From Salpingoeca rosetta (taxonomy: Eukaryota; Protista; Choanoflagellata), in the NCBI GenBank assembly GCA_033442325.1, contig JAWQFM010000007.1, forward strand, positions 1,940,521-2,004,520: a DNA stretch of 64,000 bases. Reading direction: 5' to 3'. Positions 33,054 through 57,803 of the stretch are shown one piece after another. The notes under the pieces are model-generated. The model saw nothing but the letters and a program-made list of their open reading frames with translations, did no database searches and was not told where the DNA came from. The translations under genes were made by a program, and so were the position numbers. The stretch's first letter is position 1, and each line of letters begins with the position of its first letter.

Positions 33054-34176
33054 CTTAAACAACAACAACTTAAACAACAACAACTTAAACAACAACTGAA
33101 ACAACAACAACTTAAACAACAACAACAACAACAACAACAACTTAATCAACAACTTAAACAACAACAACAACAACTGAAACAACAACACGGCACAGCAGCA
33201 CTGCACCTGCGTGTTGATGGAGGTGATTTCGTGGTTAAGCTGCTGCAGCTGCTTTGCGACCACCTGGTCCTGCTTGCCCTGCTGCTGCTGGAGCAGCGTC
33301 TCCTTGATGAGCTCGTCGCGTCGCGCCCCGGCCCGGCGCAGGTTCTCCCGAAGTTCCTGCAGCGACTGGTACTCCTCAGAGCGCTCGTACTCCACGCGGA
33401 TGTGCACCAGGATGGACGACAGCTCCAGCGGCTCGTTGAACGCGTTCTTCAGCTGGATCGACCGGTAGCCTGCAGCCAACAGGAGGGTTGCATTGTTGTG
33501 GTTGTTGTGATGATGAGGGGGTGGTGGTGGTAGTGGTGGTGGTGATGCAGCTGCTGAGGACATGGCGCGAACATGCGCTCAAGCAATAGCACACAAGTCA
33601 TACCACGCACATGCACGTTCAACTCACCACGTAATCCACAGCATGCAAGTCATACAACGTGAAGCACACAAACAACATGATTCACACACCTGTGCGGATG
33701 CTGGACTCGTGCTGTGTGCCGAGCGGGTACACGTTCTGGCCAATGGTGTTGGCGTCACCGAACATGTCCTCATCCTGCACCACAATGCGCAGGCACGCGA
33801 GCTCAGGCATGTCCACGTTGAAGGACACCTCCTCGTTCCAGCACGTGCGGCCATCAACAGCCTCCACCCACGCCGGGCAGAACCCGTTGTCGGTGCACGT
33901 CTTGGTCTTGTACTTGTCGTGTTCAATACCAACGAGGTCAACCTCCACAAACGGTGACGCAATTCCGCGCGCGGGCTTCAGCAGGTGCCGCCCAGAGATC
34001 ACCTATACAGCAAACACACAAACACACACAAAAGTGTGGAGGCGTGAGAAGGACAAGCTGGGTATTAACGACAGTGACATGCAGCAGTACGCAGCCATGT
34101 TGAACATATCGCCCACACAACACACAACCACAAACGCAAACACACACACACACACACGCGCGACACACACACGCGC

Positions 34177-34247
<71 letters not shown>

Positions 34248-37200
34248 CGGTGGTGCTGGAACGTACGCGAACGTGGATGGTGACAGGATCGACGCCGTAT
34301 GTCTTGTGGTCGTACGGGTTGAACGTCGGCTTGAGCATCGACTGCGGTTTGAGGACATACCCGCAGCGGCCGTTCTGCTGGAACTTGCCGTGGTTGAGCC
34401 ACATGGCGCGGTCGGGTGTCTGGTAGTTGAGCGCAACCAGCTGCATGCCAGCGTTCCACATCACACGCGGGTCAAAGTTGCTCGAGTCCACGCGCTTTCC
34501 ATTGGGATACACGCGCGACAGCTGCCGGATGTTGTACCTGTTGAACGCCTGTGTGTGTGTGTGCATGTGCGTGTGCGTGTAAACATAACAAAGTCGTCAT
34601 AACAAGTTGAGATTGACGCGTCGGTGGCAGCGTAAGCAGGCGCAAGGAACGCACCACGCACGCACCCACACACACCCACACACACACACACACAAAGAGA
34701 GACAAGCAACTTGTAACAGCAGCTGCTGCAGCAGGAAGCAAGCGAACACATGTGCACGAGGTTTTTTTTTTCCTTTTCTATTCTTTTCTTGCACCGCACC
34801 TCTGCCTGGCCGTTGACCTCGCGAACAAGAGCCATGGCCTTCTTCTCGGAGAAGGAGGACATCTTGAAGTACTCGAGGGAGCAGTTCTCCTCAAAGCTGC
34901 GGAAGGGCACCGACTGCGAGTAGAAGACGAGGGCAGAGAGGTCGCGGTGGATCTTGAGCTTCTTCTCGTCAATGCGCCGCTGGATGTTTCTGCAGAGGGA
35001 AATGTGCAGCAGCAGCAGCAGCAGCAGCATGGCAAGGCGAAGAAATGAGCAAGGAGAGGGGAGGAAGAGAGAGGGGCCATATGTACGCACGCGTACACAC
35101 TCATAACCACAAAGAAGGCAACACGTCATGCGCACAAAAACACACAAGACAGCACGTCACAGCACAAACACACAAGACAACACATCACAGCACAAACACA
35201 CACGGCACAAACACACACACACAAACACACACACGCACACGCACACGCACACGCACACACACACACACGTGTTCACACACACACACACAGAACAAAAGAC
35301 GCATGTGCACCTGGCCTCGAGCTCCTTGACGGTCCTGTTGATGGAGTCGATCCAGTCCATCATGTCCTCCTTGGTGGTGGCGCCAACGTCCAGCGACTGC
35401 GTCGGGTTGAGCTTGTTGCGGATGGCAAAGATAAACGCCTGGTCACCGCGCGCAGGCAAGGGCACCACCTCCAGGTTCTTCAGCTCAATGTCGGCCTTCT
35501 CCAGCGCACCGAGCGGGTTGTCTGCGTCATCCTTGTCCTCGTTCATTAGCGCGTTGTGATCAATCTGATGGCACACGCGACACGTGTGAGAACCATACGA
35601 AAGAGAACCACTGCTGCACCGAACCAGGGCGTACGCTGGCATAACTCTTGCAATACGCTTGCTGTGGTTGAGCACAAGCAAGTGGGTGCTACTCAACAAA
35701 CCCACACACGCGCAACAAACACACATACAGACGCACAAACAAAAAACAAAAACTTACACACATACAGACACAAACATAACACACACACACACACGCACAC
35801 CTCTTCGACGTAGTTTGAAGGGAACCACCCGCCCGGGAGGCCGCCGTAGTCGCCCTGCCACCAGCCGTCGTCCCGCTTGATGACGTTGGTGATGATGGCG
35901 TCCTTGGGGAAGGTCAGCTCGTCCGGGTTGCGCGCGCCATACGAGTACAGGGCGCGGCAGGTGACGTTTGAGGTGACAATGCTGCGGCCCTCGAATGCGT
36001 TTGGCTCCTGGTACAGCGCGTCCGAGTTGTAAATGTCCTCCTCGGGCGCCTGGCCGTGCTTGTCAATCAGCTCCTGGTCAACCGCATACCTGCACAGGAC
36101 AGCAGCCACGCACGGCAACGGCGAAGCACGGGGTGGGGTTGATTGGGTGTTTGGTGTGGGAAGAGAGGGGGGGGGGGTTGACCGATCAGTTGGAAGAGGG
36201 TGGAAATAAGCGAAATGCAGCCATGCAACAAAGACGCTTGAGGCACAATTCACACAAAATAAAGTCTGCACAGGTTCACAGCCGCACACATACGCACACA
36301 CGCACACACATTCGCACACGCACACATTCACATTCACATTCACGTCCACACGCACACATTCACATTCACATTCACATTCACACAGAGAGTACGGAATGAC
36401 ACACTTAAGCTTCATCTTGCGGTAGAGGGGCTTGCTCTTGTAGTAGTCGACGAGGGCAACGAGGCTGTCAAACTCGGCGTCACCAATGCAGTACATGCGG
36501 CCGTCCAGGCGGATGCGGCAGTGCTTGATCTTGCCCTCGGCGCGGAAGGAGATGGCAAAGCTGTTGGGGTCCGACTGCTTGCCGCGCACGAGGAACGCGC
36601 CGTCGTGGTGGATGCGCTTGAGCATGTCCTCGGCCTGCTCGCGGGGCAGGTCCGCGTGGAACCACCGCTCAGACTCGTGCGGGGCGGGCTGCGGCGCGGC
36701 GTGGCGAAGTGTCAGCGTAAACGTGGGGCCTTGCAGCGAGACCTGGCGGTAGTAGTCAATCAGCTCGTACAACGTGGCAAAGGAGCACGTGTCTGTGAGG
36801 TAAAAGTGGCCGTCGCGCTTGCGGATGCGGCAGTGCTGCACGCGTCCGTTGTGCACAAACGACAGGCTGTACTCCTCCTTGAAGGAGTCGCTCGGGCGCA
36901 CGAGGAACGTGCCCGGGTCGTCGAGGTGCTTCTTCAACACGTCCTCCGCAGCCACGCGCCCGCCAACCAGCTTCCCGTGGAACCACGGCTCGCGGAAATG
37001 GGGCTCGTCAGCCTCTGTGCCGCCCTCTGTTGCCGAGTCTGTGTCGTCGTCATCGTCGTCCACCTCTTCCTCCTCCTCGTCAAGGGCCTCAGCATAGAAC
37101 AGCTTCGTCTCCGTGAGCACAAAGTAGTGCTTCTTCCACGCCTCGTCAAGCTTGTCCTCGAGCAGCAGGTGCCCATTCTTCACAGAGAACGACAAATCCG

Positions 37201-40200
37201 CTTCCCGCTGTCATCGCAAAGAGGCAGTGCGCGTGTGTGTGCATGTGTGTGTGTGTGTGTGCGTGTGTGTGTGCGTGTGTGTGTGCGTGTGTTGAGGGTG
37301 AGCTGGGAAGAGAAAAGTACACGGGCTTGGGTGGGAATATTGGACAGGAAGAGCAAGTGGAGGTCGCCACATCAACCCCTTCCCGGCCACGCGCTGTGTC
37401 AAAGCAAGCGTGCATACGATTCCCCTCGCATCTCGTTGGCTGCCACACCAACAGCGAAGACAGCCACCAAGCTAGCTGATCACACACACAAACACACGCA
37501 TGCACGCACGCACACACACACACGCGCACACACAAAGATGCTTGCAGGCAAGCACGCACCATGCGGCTGACGACGACGGAATCGCTCTGGCCCTCGAGCT
37601 TCTTGTGCTTGATGATGACCTTGTATTTCAGCTGCTCTGGGCTCGGGTAGCAGTCGCGGTGCTTTTCCTGGCAGTCGTCGGGCGGGCGGGTGATGAGGTA
37701 GTCCCCAAACGCCTCCTGGAACATGCGCGCCATCACCTCCTGCTGCGACAGGCTGCAGTGGTTCTCAATCGACAGGATCAGCGGGTACTCGGACGTGTCA
37801 AACGCGTGCTCGCTCACAACCTTCACCACGTCCTGGAACTTGATCTTGGAGGTGAGCGTGTGGCCGTGGTACACAATGGGCTCGTTGTAGGGGCCGTCCC
37901 AGCAATCAATCTCTACGCAGCGGCAGCCGTCGCGCAGGCAGCGCACATACGCCTCCACGGACGACTCCGAGCGAAGCTGGTCGCCCATGAGGTACGTGTT
38001 GTGCGACGAGGCGATAAAGTAGCACGCCAGCGGCAGGTGCATGTCCTGATACACCATGTCGTGGTCAGGGTTCCAGATGTGGTTGTCGTTCGAGTGCAGA
38101 AACTCAACAAACTGTCCCCAACATGAAAATGAGGAAAGGAAGTGTGTGAGTGATGTGTGTGAGGGAGGGAGGGAGGGGTGAGTGTGTGATATGTGTGTGT
38201 GTGAGTGAGTGAGGGGGAGGGGAAGGGAGAGTGTGAGTGTGGGGGGGGGGTGAAAGAAGGGGAAGGGAGAGACAGAGACAGAGACAGAGACAGAGACAGA
38301 AAGCGAGAGGGAGGGAAAGAGAAGAGAAAGTGACAGAGACAGAAAGCGACAGAGATGCAGTGACAGTGACAAAGAGGGGTGAGGTGAGCAGTGCCGAGGC
38401 AACCACACCGGGCCAACGCACCATGTTGACGGGGAGGGTGTTGTCTTTGCCGTATTTCTTGATAATCTCCTTGCACTCTGCGATGCTGACCTGCTGGTTC
38501 TGCTCCTGGCGGAAAAACTGCTGCAAGTCCTTCTCCGTCAGCGACGTCCTGCAGTGCGCGAGGGAAGAACATAGTTTTCACAGAGGGGCAATGGCGTGTG
38601 GAGCATGCGAGCAGAAGCGAGTGGGTGTAAGTGGTGATGCATGTGTGTGTGTGTGGGTGTGCGTTATGCATACATGTGTGTTTATGCGCGCGTGTGTGTG
38701 AGGGGTTATGCATGCATGTGTGTGTGTGTTGGTGCGAGAAAGTGGGTGCGCGGGTGGGCATGTGTAGACAAGAAACCAAGCGCACTCGAGTGTGAGCGCA
38801 TGTGGTTGCATGAACAGAGCGGCGCCAAGAACCCCTGACCAAGCTTGACAACGCATCCGTACTTTGATGCCTGCGAAGAGAAGCTGCGGAAGACGTCTGT
38901 GACGTGCTGGTTCTCCACGAGGTGGTGGTACAGCTGTGTAAACTGCTCGCGGTTGATGATGCCTTGCTTGAACTCGTCAACCTGGCACACACGCAAGACA
39001 CGCGCACATTGGCATGGGATGGTGAGTGGAGGCGCGCACTGGGCCTGAGAGTAATGGCAGGAGTACAACGCAAAGGCCCGCACGCAAGTGTACAAGGCGG
39101 GGATGTGAACGCACGTGCGCACACATGCATGCACACACGACGCACCAGGTACATGTAGTCGCGAAGCTCCCTTGCAGAGAGCTTGTAGTTGATTTTGGTG
39201 GCAAACGTCTTGAGTTCGCGCAGGCCAATCTGGTCGCTGCCGCCGCTCAGCTCGTCCCACTGCGTCTGCAGCCACCGGTCCCGCATCATGTGTGTCCTGG
39301 GCGAGTCATGGATGTGTGTGTGTGTGTGTGTGTATAAGCACGCAAGAGACGGAGAGAGAGAGTGTGTGTGTGAGTGTGTGTGTGTGTGTCAGTGAGTCAG
39401 TAAGCGAGCGTGTGAGTGTGAGTGTGAGTGTGAGTGTGAGTGTGTGTGTGAGTGGGTGTGACTTGGGCAAGCAAGGTGCCTGATAATGTTTCAAACGACC
39501 CATGATCGAGCACCGACAACAAACGTGCACATTTGTGCGTGCAAGACTGACATGTAAAGATCTGGTCGAAGGAATCGAGAGTGCTCCCACACGGCGACCG
39601 CCCACGCTTCTGCCTCCGCAGCGTTTTGCGCTGTCGTGTGCGTGGTTGTGTGCGAATGCGGTGAGGATGTGAGTGTGTGTGTGAATGTGTGTTTGTTTGT
39701 TTATGTGTGCATGTAGGTGTGTGCATGTGTGTTTTGTTTGTTTGTTTGTGAGAGTGTGTGCATGTGTGTTTGATTCTGTGCAAACCCCCGCCCCCAACAT
39801 AAAGTGTGTGTGTGCTAATGTCAACGCACCAACAAGGCAGAGCTGCTTGAGGCGAAACTGGTCGCCATGCAAGATGACAAGGGCGCAGTCCTTGGACTCT
39901 GAGGAGGCAAGCTTGAAGTCCTGCACAGCCACGATGGCAACATCAACGACGACAGCGACAACGACAACGACAGCGACAACGACGAAGTGAGGGTCAGTTG
40001 CTGTGCTTCAACAAGATGCGCATGTCATGTGGGACGAACACAACACTGCACTGCATTGCACTACGAGCATGGACGCGACGGCACTTACAAGGAACATAAG
40101 TACAGGCACAGACACAATGCACGGACACGATGCACAAGCACAATGCGCACACACAACTCGCAGGGCACAGACCTTGCATGCCAATGCTTGTTCGCCTGTG

Positions 40201-40451
40201 CGCACTTCGCACACGGTGTGGAGTGGGACGTAGTGTGCGCGCCGCCCCGGGCCCGTTCTGAAGACAATGTTGAAGGTGCCAAAGTCCATCTTGATGCTGC
40301 ACTTTGTCATCTTCTTGTTGGTGAGGTAGCGGTCCATTGTGCAGTCGCGGGTAACCATCTGCACAAAGTCGTTGAGTTTTGGGTGTGGCTTGTACTCACG
40401 GAGCATGAGCGGGAGCTGTGGCGGGGATCGCTCTGGCGCAGATCGGATCAT
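32739..40451 (-). CDS. PLCG: Phospholipase C-gamma (PH, EF, X-box, split PH, SH2-SH2, SH3, Y-box, C2); 5' end uncertain and may extend to ~41000
   Basis: X-box [21 protein letters not shown]...[12 protein letters not shown]...[13 protein letters not shown] (38110-37560). Two SH2 domains (WFHGKL..FLVRPS; WFHADL..FLVRGK). SH3 CRALYSY...[19 protein letters not shown]-box [18 protein letters not shown]...[12 protein letters not shown]2 [15 protein letters not shown]...[13 protein letters not shown]. Confidence 0.96.
32963..33186. repeat. (CAA)n compound microsatellite in the last PLC-gamma intron
   Basis: Long CAA run with CTTAAA/CTGAAA interruptions. Confidence 0.9.
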
Positions 40452-41578
40452 GCTGTCCAGCTTGCTGGGCGAAACCGCAGGGGCGTCGGCCTCATTGCTG
40501 GAGGTCGTGCTCGACTGCGACTTGCCTGTGTGTGTGTGTGTGTGTGTGTGTGTGATCGCGTTTGGGGATCAAAGGCACAAGCACACCCACATCCAACACA
40601 TTGTGAGTGCACGCTCTAAGCTGAGATGAAAGCAACGCAGCGTGTGTGTGTGTGTAATTGTGTGTTTGTGTGTGCAATTGTGTGTGTGTATGTGTGTGTG
40701 CAGCATCCATCCATGCCATCCATGCCATCCATCCACGCCATCTATCCACGTCATCCATCCACGCCATCGATCTCGATCCAGATCCGCCCCCACCATCACC
40801 TCCCCCTCCCCCGCCTCTTCGCCCCCAGCAACTTTGCCTCCCAACGTTGCCCTATCACCCTCCTCACCCATCGCCACCTTTCTCTCGACTTGCAAACAAA
40901 CACAAACAAGCAGGGCTGCTGCTGGAGGTACTGCTGGTGTCATCAGAAAGCCCCCGCGCTCCACTCCACACATCGCGCCATGCTACTCTCTTGTGCGTGG
41001 CCATCATCCAATCCGTCCCCCCCCCCCGGCTGCTTGTTTCCAGATCTTCCCCTCTGAGCATCCAGCCAGACTCGAGTGTCCTTCATCATTCAGTTTTGCT
41101 TTCCCCCCATCTCGCCTTCTTCATATCCGTCCTTCCTTCCCCCCCTCCTTCTTGTCTCTTCGTTGCCCTGGTCCGCCAGTGCTCCTTCGCTCACCTTTCC
41201 TGCCAAACAGCCTCTTCATTCCGGTACTTCCTGTGGTACTGGGTACTTTGACGAAAATACACGCAAACCACCAACTAAAATTCGCGGTTGGCAGTCCTGC
41301 CTTCCGCAGTGGGAGGGGCCGTGGGAAATCAAGGCGTGCACCCGCATCAAATCACCCACACAAAAAAACAAAACAGGGTTTGTGGCGCGCGGGAAGCTTT
41401 CAAATCAAAAGAACTGAAGAGGTCCTTCAAGTTCGTTCAAGGCAGAGTTCCGTTCACCTCAGCACTTTTCACCTCAGCACTTCAGCACCTTACACACACT
41501 CACTATATCCTCGTTGTTCCATCTTTCGAAGTCGCCTTGCCCTTCTTTGCTCTTCTGACTTGAGAGCCCTAGAGAGCC

Positions 41579-42479
41579 ATGGCTGCACTGGCACCCGCGA
41601 CGACCGAGGAGGTTGCGCAGACACTGACGGTGCACGGAAAGCTGGCCTTGGACTGGGAGCGACGGAAGCAGGAGGCGGCCATGGCCAGTATTGGCGCCAA
41701 AACCATGCCCTCGTTGGCACATCTCCAAAGCGCGGCGCAGATGGTCGCCAGGTGTGCCGAGGTGCAGCGGCTTGACCACGAGGCCTTCTTCCTTGGCCTT
41801 GAACTCTTCGACGGCTTCATCACCATGTAAGTATGTTGCGCGCGCTTTGGTACGCTCCGATCTCCCCTGTGCCTGCAGGCAGCTTGCAACAGCGTGCTAC
41901 CGTCTACTCTGCCCCTCGTATGTTGCTGTTGGTCAACGGCTCAGTTCTGCCTGCCTAACGGCCTCCCTTTCTTGCCTGCTCCCTTTCTTGCCTGCGCACG
42001 TACGGATATGTATGGCCTCAGGAAAGCAGCAGCCACAGCAGACTCCAGCACTCAGACGCGGCCGCCAAGCCTGAAGTTTTGCACCTTGGCGTGCCTGACA
42101 TGTGTGCAGCTCGCCTCAAAGATGATTCTGCTCCGCAAGCGCATGGGGCCTGCACGCACGTCCAGATACGCTCAGAGGTGCGTTGTTCGCAGAAGTCAGT
42201 GTGTGTAAACTCAGGGGGTGGGGTGGGAGAGGTATGTTGCTGACTTGACTGTTGTCGACGGCGTTGCTGTCTGAGGTGGCAGGTGACATCAGAAACGCGA
42301 GCGTGTGGCTGGCAACAGGCTTGTAATGTAATGCTATGTGTTTTTGCACGCGCGTGGGTGTGCGTGGGTATGCGCGTGTGTGTGCGTGCGCTCTCCCTCT
42401 CTCTGTCCTCTGTCTCTTCCCTCTCCCTCAACCATCCCTCTCTCTCTCTCTCTCTCCCTCTCTCTCTCCCCTCTCTCTG

Positions 42480-42575
<96 letters not shown>

Positions 42576-43625
42576 CTCTGTCTCTTCCCTCACGCTCAAC
42601 CATCCCTCTCCCAATCTCTATCTCCAGGCTGTTGGGGTTGCCAATCTCATACAAGGACATCACGGACATAGAGTTTGAAATCTTGAAGACCATCGACTTT
42701 CGCATGGTGAGGCGCTGTCTTGCGCGAGAGAGTTCAAGGGTGGCAGCGTGACACGAGAAGGGGAAGGGTAGAAGCACAGCAGCCATACCTTCTTCCATTT
42801 GCTTCTCGCAGCTTACACCGGTGCAATCGCACAACTCCCAGGTTCCCTCCCCACTCCTCATTCTCCGCAACTTCTTGGAGGCAACTGTGTTCAACCTCAA
42901 GGACACCGAGCTTGCCAGGTGGCATTCCACAACCACACTTTGTTGTTTACACCATCAAATGCTCAAATGCAATGGAAGAGCACACTGGAATCTTCGCCGC
43001 CGCCGCTGGGTGAAGGGCAATGTCATGGTGGTGACGCTATGTCAGCCAGCACATCGTCATGACATTTCGATGGGACGCAAAATGGCCACAACCACATTCC
43101 CACTGCACCAGTCTCTTACTCTGCGTACCCTGCTCTTTGTCAACGTGCATAGCGTGTCAGCAATTGCACAGGAAAGCATCGAAGACATTGCCAGGAAAGT
43201 GCTGGTGCTCACGTATCATGAAAACGAGGCGCTGCTTCGTGCCCTCAGCAATGCGGATATTCAGCTCAGCATCATCCTTCGCACCACCGGTGTCATCGCT
43301 CTGGCCTTTTACCTCTTTGGTCAGTTGACACGCGACAGTGTGAGTGGTGCATGTACGCGTATGTATGTATGTGTGTGGGCGTCTGCTTCCATGAACAATA
43401 GCAGAACAGCATCATCGGCGTTCCCTTTCGGTGTCTTCTTCACACAACCTTCTCACGGTTCAGACGGTTCCTTCTCTTCTTATTTCACATACACCCACAC
43501 CCACACCCACGCATCCCCCCCCCAAACATTCACACACAGATACGGTGCTCAGCGACACCATCAACAGGACACTGGCAAGGTTGGTGAAGGCGAGGGTTCA
43601 ATGCATATATACACGTAACAGGTGA
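41579..43625 (+). CDS. CNTD1: Cyclin N-terminal domain-containing protein CNTD1/COSA-1-like (divergent cyclin fold); 3' end uncertain
   Basis: Exons 41579-41826, 42022-42177, 42628-42706, ~42812-42918, ~43153-43337 and ~43540-43625. Cyclin-box segments FFLGLELFDGFI, LACLTCVQLASKM, DIEFEILKTIDFRM and VPSPLLILRNFLE are colinear with CNTD1 segments as I recall them (QAVEILERFM, LVSCVQLASKL, ESELDVLKSLNFRI, LPTPLAYVETLLE). Confidence 0.7.
42439..42572. repeat. (CT)n microsatellite in a CNTD1-like intron
   Basis: Long CT run. Confidence 0.95.
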
Positions 43626-44048
43626 AGCAAGGCGAGGAAGGGCGGGGGTGGATAGCAAGACCAGGCATCAAGCAAGCCGCTCGAAAACAGACAGCCACCC
43701 GGCAACAAGGAAGGACGCGCAAGCAAGGGCGAGCAGAAAGGCAAACGACAACAGCAACAGCACGCACGAGGGTTGAAGGTCAACCTCATGAAGGTGCAAC
43801 ACACGTACGCACACATGACGCACGCACACATGATGCACGCATATGAGCTCACACCCACATGATGGCCATGGTGCAGGATGACGCACTACACAGAAGAGAC
43901 ATATGTCGAGTTTGCTGCGGCGGTGCTTCAAGCCACAGACCTGACTAGCACTATCTCTTGAACAGGTGGGGTGTGTGCATGTGTGTGTGTATGTGTGTGT
44001 GTATGTGTGTGTGTATGTGTGTGTGTGTGTGTTTGTGCGCGTGTGCCA

Positions 44049-46339
<2,291 letters not shown>

Positions 46340-46694
46340 CCTGGTTCGTCGCCGATGTCTTGCTCACTTTGTGGTTGTTTGTTTGCTCGCTGTTTGTTGC
46401 TGACGGTTTTTTTTTTTTTGGGGGGGGGGGGGGGGTGCGTTTGGTTGGCGTTTGGTTGGGGCCAGATGTGTTTTGTGTGTGCATCTGTGCGAGTGTGTGT
46501 GTGTGTGTTGTGTTGTGTGTTGTGTGCGTGCATGTGCGCGAGGGTGTGTGTGTGTGTGTACGTGCTTGCTGCTTGCGGTGACGACATGACACTGTTCTGG
46601 TGTTGATGATTACAGTGGTGCGTGTTCTCTTTGTTTTAGAGGCACACCAACCAACCGCACTCAACACACAGTTAGCCCACAAGCGTCGCAAAGA

Positions 46695-48818
<2,124 letters not shown>

Positions 48819-49238
48819 GGCCAAACTGTCCACGTGATGGTGTAGCAGCAAGACGAGGCAACCCGACAGAGACGAACAAAGGGGCGAACAGTGAGGTGAA
48901 CAGTGTGATGTTGTGTGACAGATGTGAGGGCGATGCTGCTGTTTCACATCAGAGCCACACCCAGCCAGCCAGCAGACGCAGCCAGCGGACAGAGTATCGA
49001 ACGACAGCATGAAAAGTAGTACCATGACTCATCGTCGCTTGTTTCGTTGTTGGCGTTTTCGCTTGTGTTGCTTGTTGGTGGTGTGGCCGGCGAACACTCC
49101 TCTCTCCACCACTCACGTCACACGCTCCACCACCCACACACACGCTCACGCCCGCACAGACCAGGTCTCTTCTCTGCTGTCTTGTCTCGCCTTTCTCTGT
49201 CTTCCCTCCTCTGTCTCTTTGTCGCTTTGCTGGTCGCA

Positions 49239-55922
<6,684 letters not shown>

Positions 55923-56671
55923 GCCGCTCCCCTTTTTCTGTCGGTGTTGTTGTTTTGGCTTGCGTGTCAGCCCTCAGAAACACGATACACTCAGCACATT
56001 GCATTCACATGTCTTTCTCTCTCTCTCTCGCTTGCATGCATTCATGCATGGTGTGCGTGGTGCGTGTTACCGGGCCACGCCAAGATATCTTTGCGGCGAT
56101 GAAGCGTGTCACTATGAATGCGTGCCTGTCCTTGTTGCATTGAGCACGTCACGTCGTGGTTATGGTATGTTACACAGCGGAGGAGGCTCTCCTCTCTAGC
56201 CCAGAGATGTCGGTTTTATTCCTTCCTCCCCCTTCCTCGGCGTCTTCTTCTTTCCTTCCTGGTTCTCCCCAACAGTTGTTTATGTGCGTTTTGTTGTCCG
56301 TCTCGCCCTTTGGTGCTTCTTAATCCACTTTTCCATGTGTGCTCGCAGCTGCGCGGGTCACTGTGACGTGACACACGTGTGCGCTTGTTTGTGTATTTGT
56401 TTGCTTGTGTATGTGTATGTATGTGTGTTTGTTTTTGTGTGTGCGTACGCGTATGTTTTTGTGTGTGTGCGTATGTTCAGACCGCTTTTTTAATGTGCCT
56501 GCAATGCAATGTGAGGTGTGTTGGTGCTGACATTGTGTGTGCTAGTAACAGACAGGCCTTACAATCTGGCCTTCTCCAATCACCCACCCAATCAACAGCA
56601 AAAAACAAATAACAAAAGCAGCAGTTTAACAATGGCTCATGGCGTGCCCTTGCTCCGTGTTGCTGGATTAT

Positions 56672-56696
56672 TACACACACACACACACACAAACAT

Positions 56697-56731
<35 letters not shown>

Positions 56732-56813
56732 CAGACACAGACACAGACACAGACACAGACACAGACACAGACACAGACACAGACACAGACACAGACACAC
56801 ACACACATACACA

Positions 56814-56900
<87 letters not shown>
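56672..56900. repeat. Compound (CA)n/(CAGA)n/(CACAGA)n microsatellite, intergenic
   Basis: Direct inspection. Confidence 0.9.
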
Positions 56901-56902
<2 letters not shown>

Positions 56903-57707
56903 CCCCAGTGAAAAACGGTGACCGACACCATAAATTACGACAACGCCAACCGCCAGCCCTTCTGCTTCTGCGGCATTCCTTGTTTCTCCCTTCCTCTTGT
57001 CTCTGTATCCATCTCTCCCACACAGGCGGTCAGTCAATCAGAGACGCACGCACCACGCGCACGTCCACGCCTGCAGGCCCAGCCAGCCAGCCAGCCATCC
57101 ATCCACCCACCCCCCCACCTTCTTGTTACCCTTGGTGCCTTGGGTGGACACGGCAGCTCCGTCGTCATCACCACTCACTCTCATTCCGGTGGGGGTACTC
57201 ACTACACACAAGACTGTCAATCATCACAGCTGAACCGACTTATGTGAACACAACATCAAACACACAAAGGCACAAACACCAAACACACAATCACCGGGCG
57301 CACGTAAAACGTCGCTGTGTTGCTTTTGCTGCAAGCCGTTAGTTATTATTTCGCGCGGCCACCAACAAACCCCCCAAGCCAGCAACCCCAACATTTCCCA
57401 TCACTGATTTGATTCCACCGCCTTGTGCTGTTTCTGCCGCCGACGTGCGATCCATATTGCAGCAGCGGTTGTGGTTGTGGTGGTTGTGGTTCCGTGGCCA
57501 TTGATCCCCTTCCTCTCCATTTGTTCCCACTCGTCGTTTGACCTGTTGAACCACACCTCTTCTTCTTTCTCTCAGGGTTGGTTTGGGCTGTGCACACCTG
57601 TTTTCGTTGTGGGTGTGTGCTGGTGCTTTGACAAGCGCGCATGTGTGTCCGTGCATGTTGTCAGCTGCAGTTCCGTTGCTTCAACTGCACCAGAAGCACA
57701 ACACAAC

Positions 57708-57744
<37 letters not shown>

Positions 57745-57748
57745 CGCA

Positions 57749-57803
<55 letters not shown>

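Noticed and set aside
32682-33533. Plus-strand polyQ ORF of 283 aa
   Set aside because: It is antisense to PLC-gamma exons, and the Q run is an intronic (CAA)n.
41076-41775. 377-aa ORF (40642-41775) and other ORFs between PLC-gamma and the cyclin-like gene
   Set aside because: No recognisable motifs, non-ATG starts and overlap with better-supported genes; this is likely promoter/UTR.
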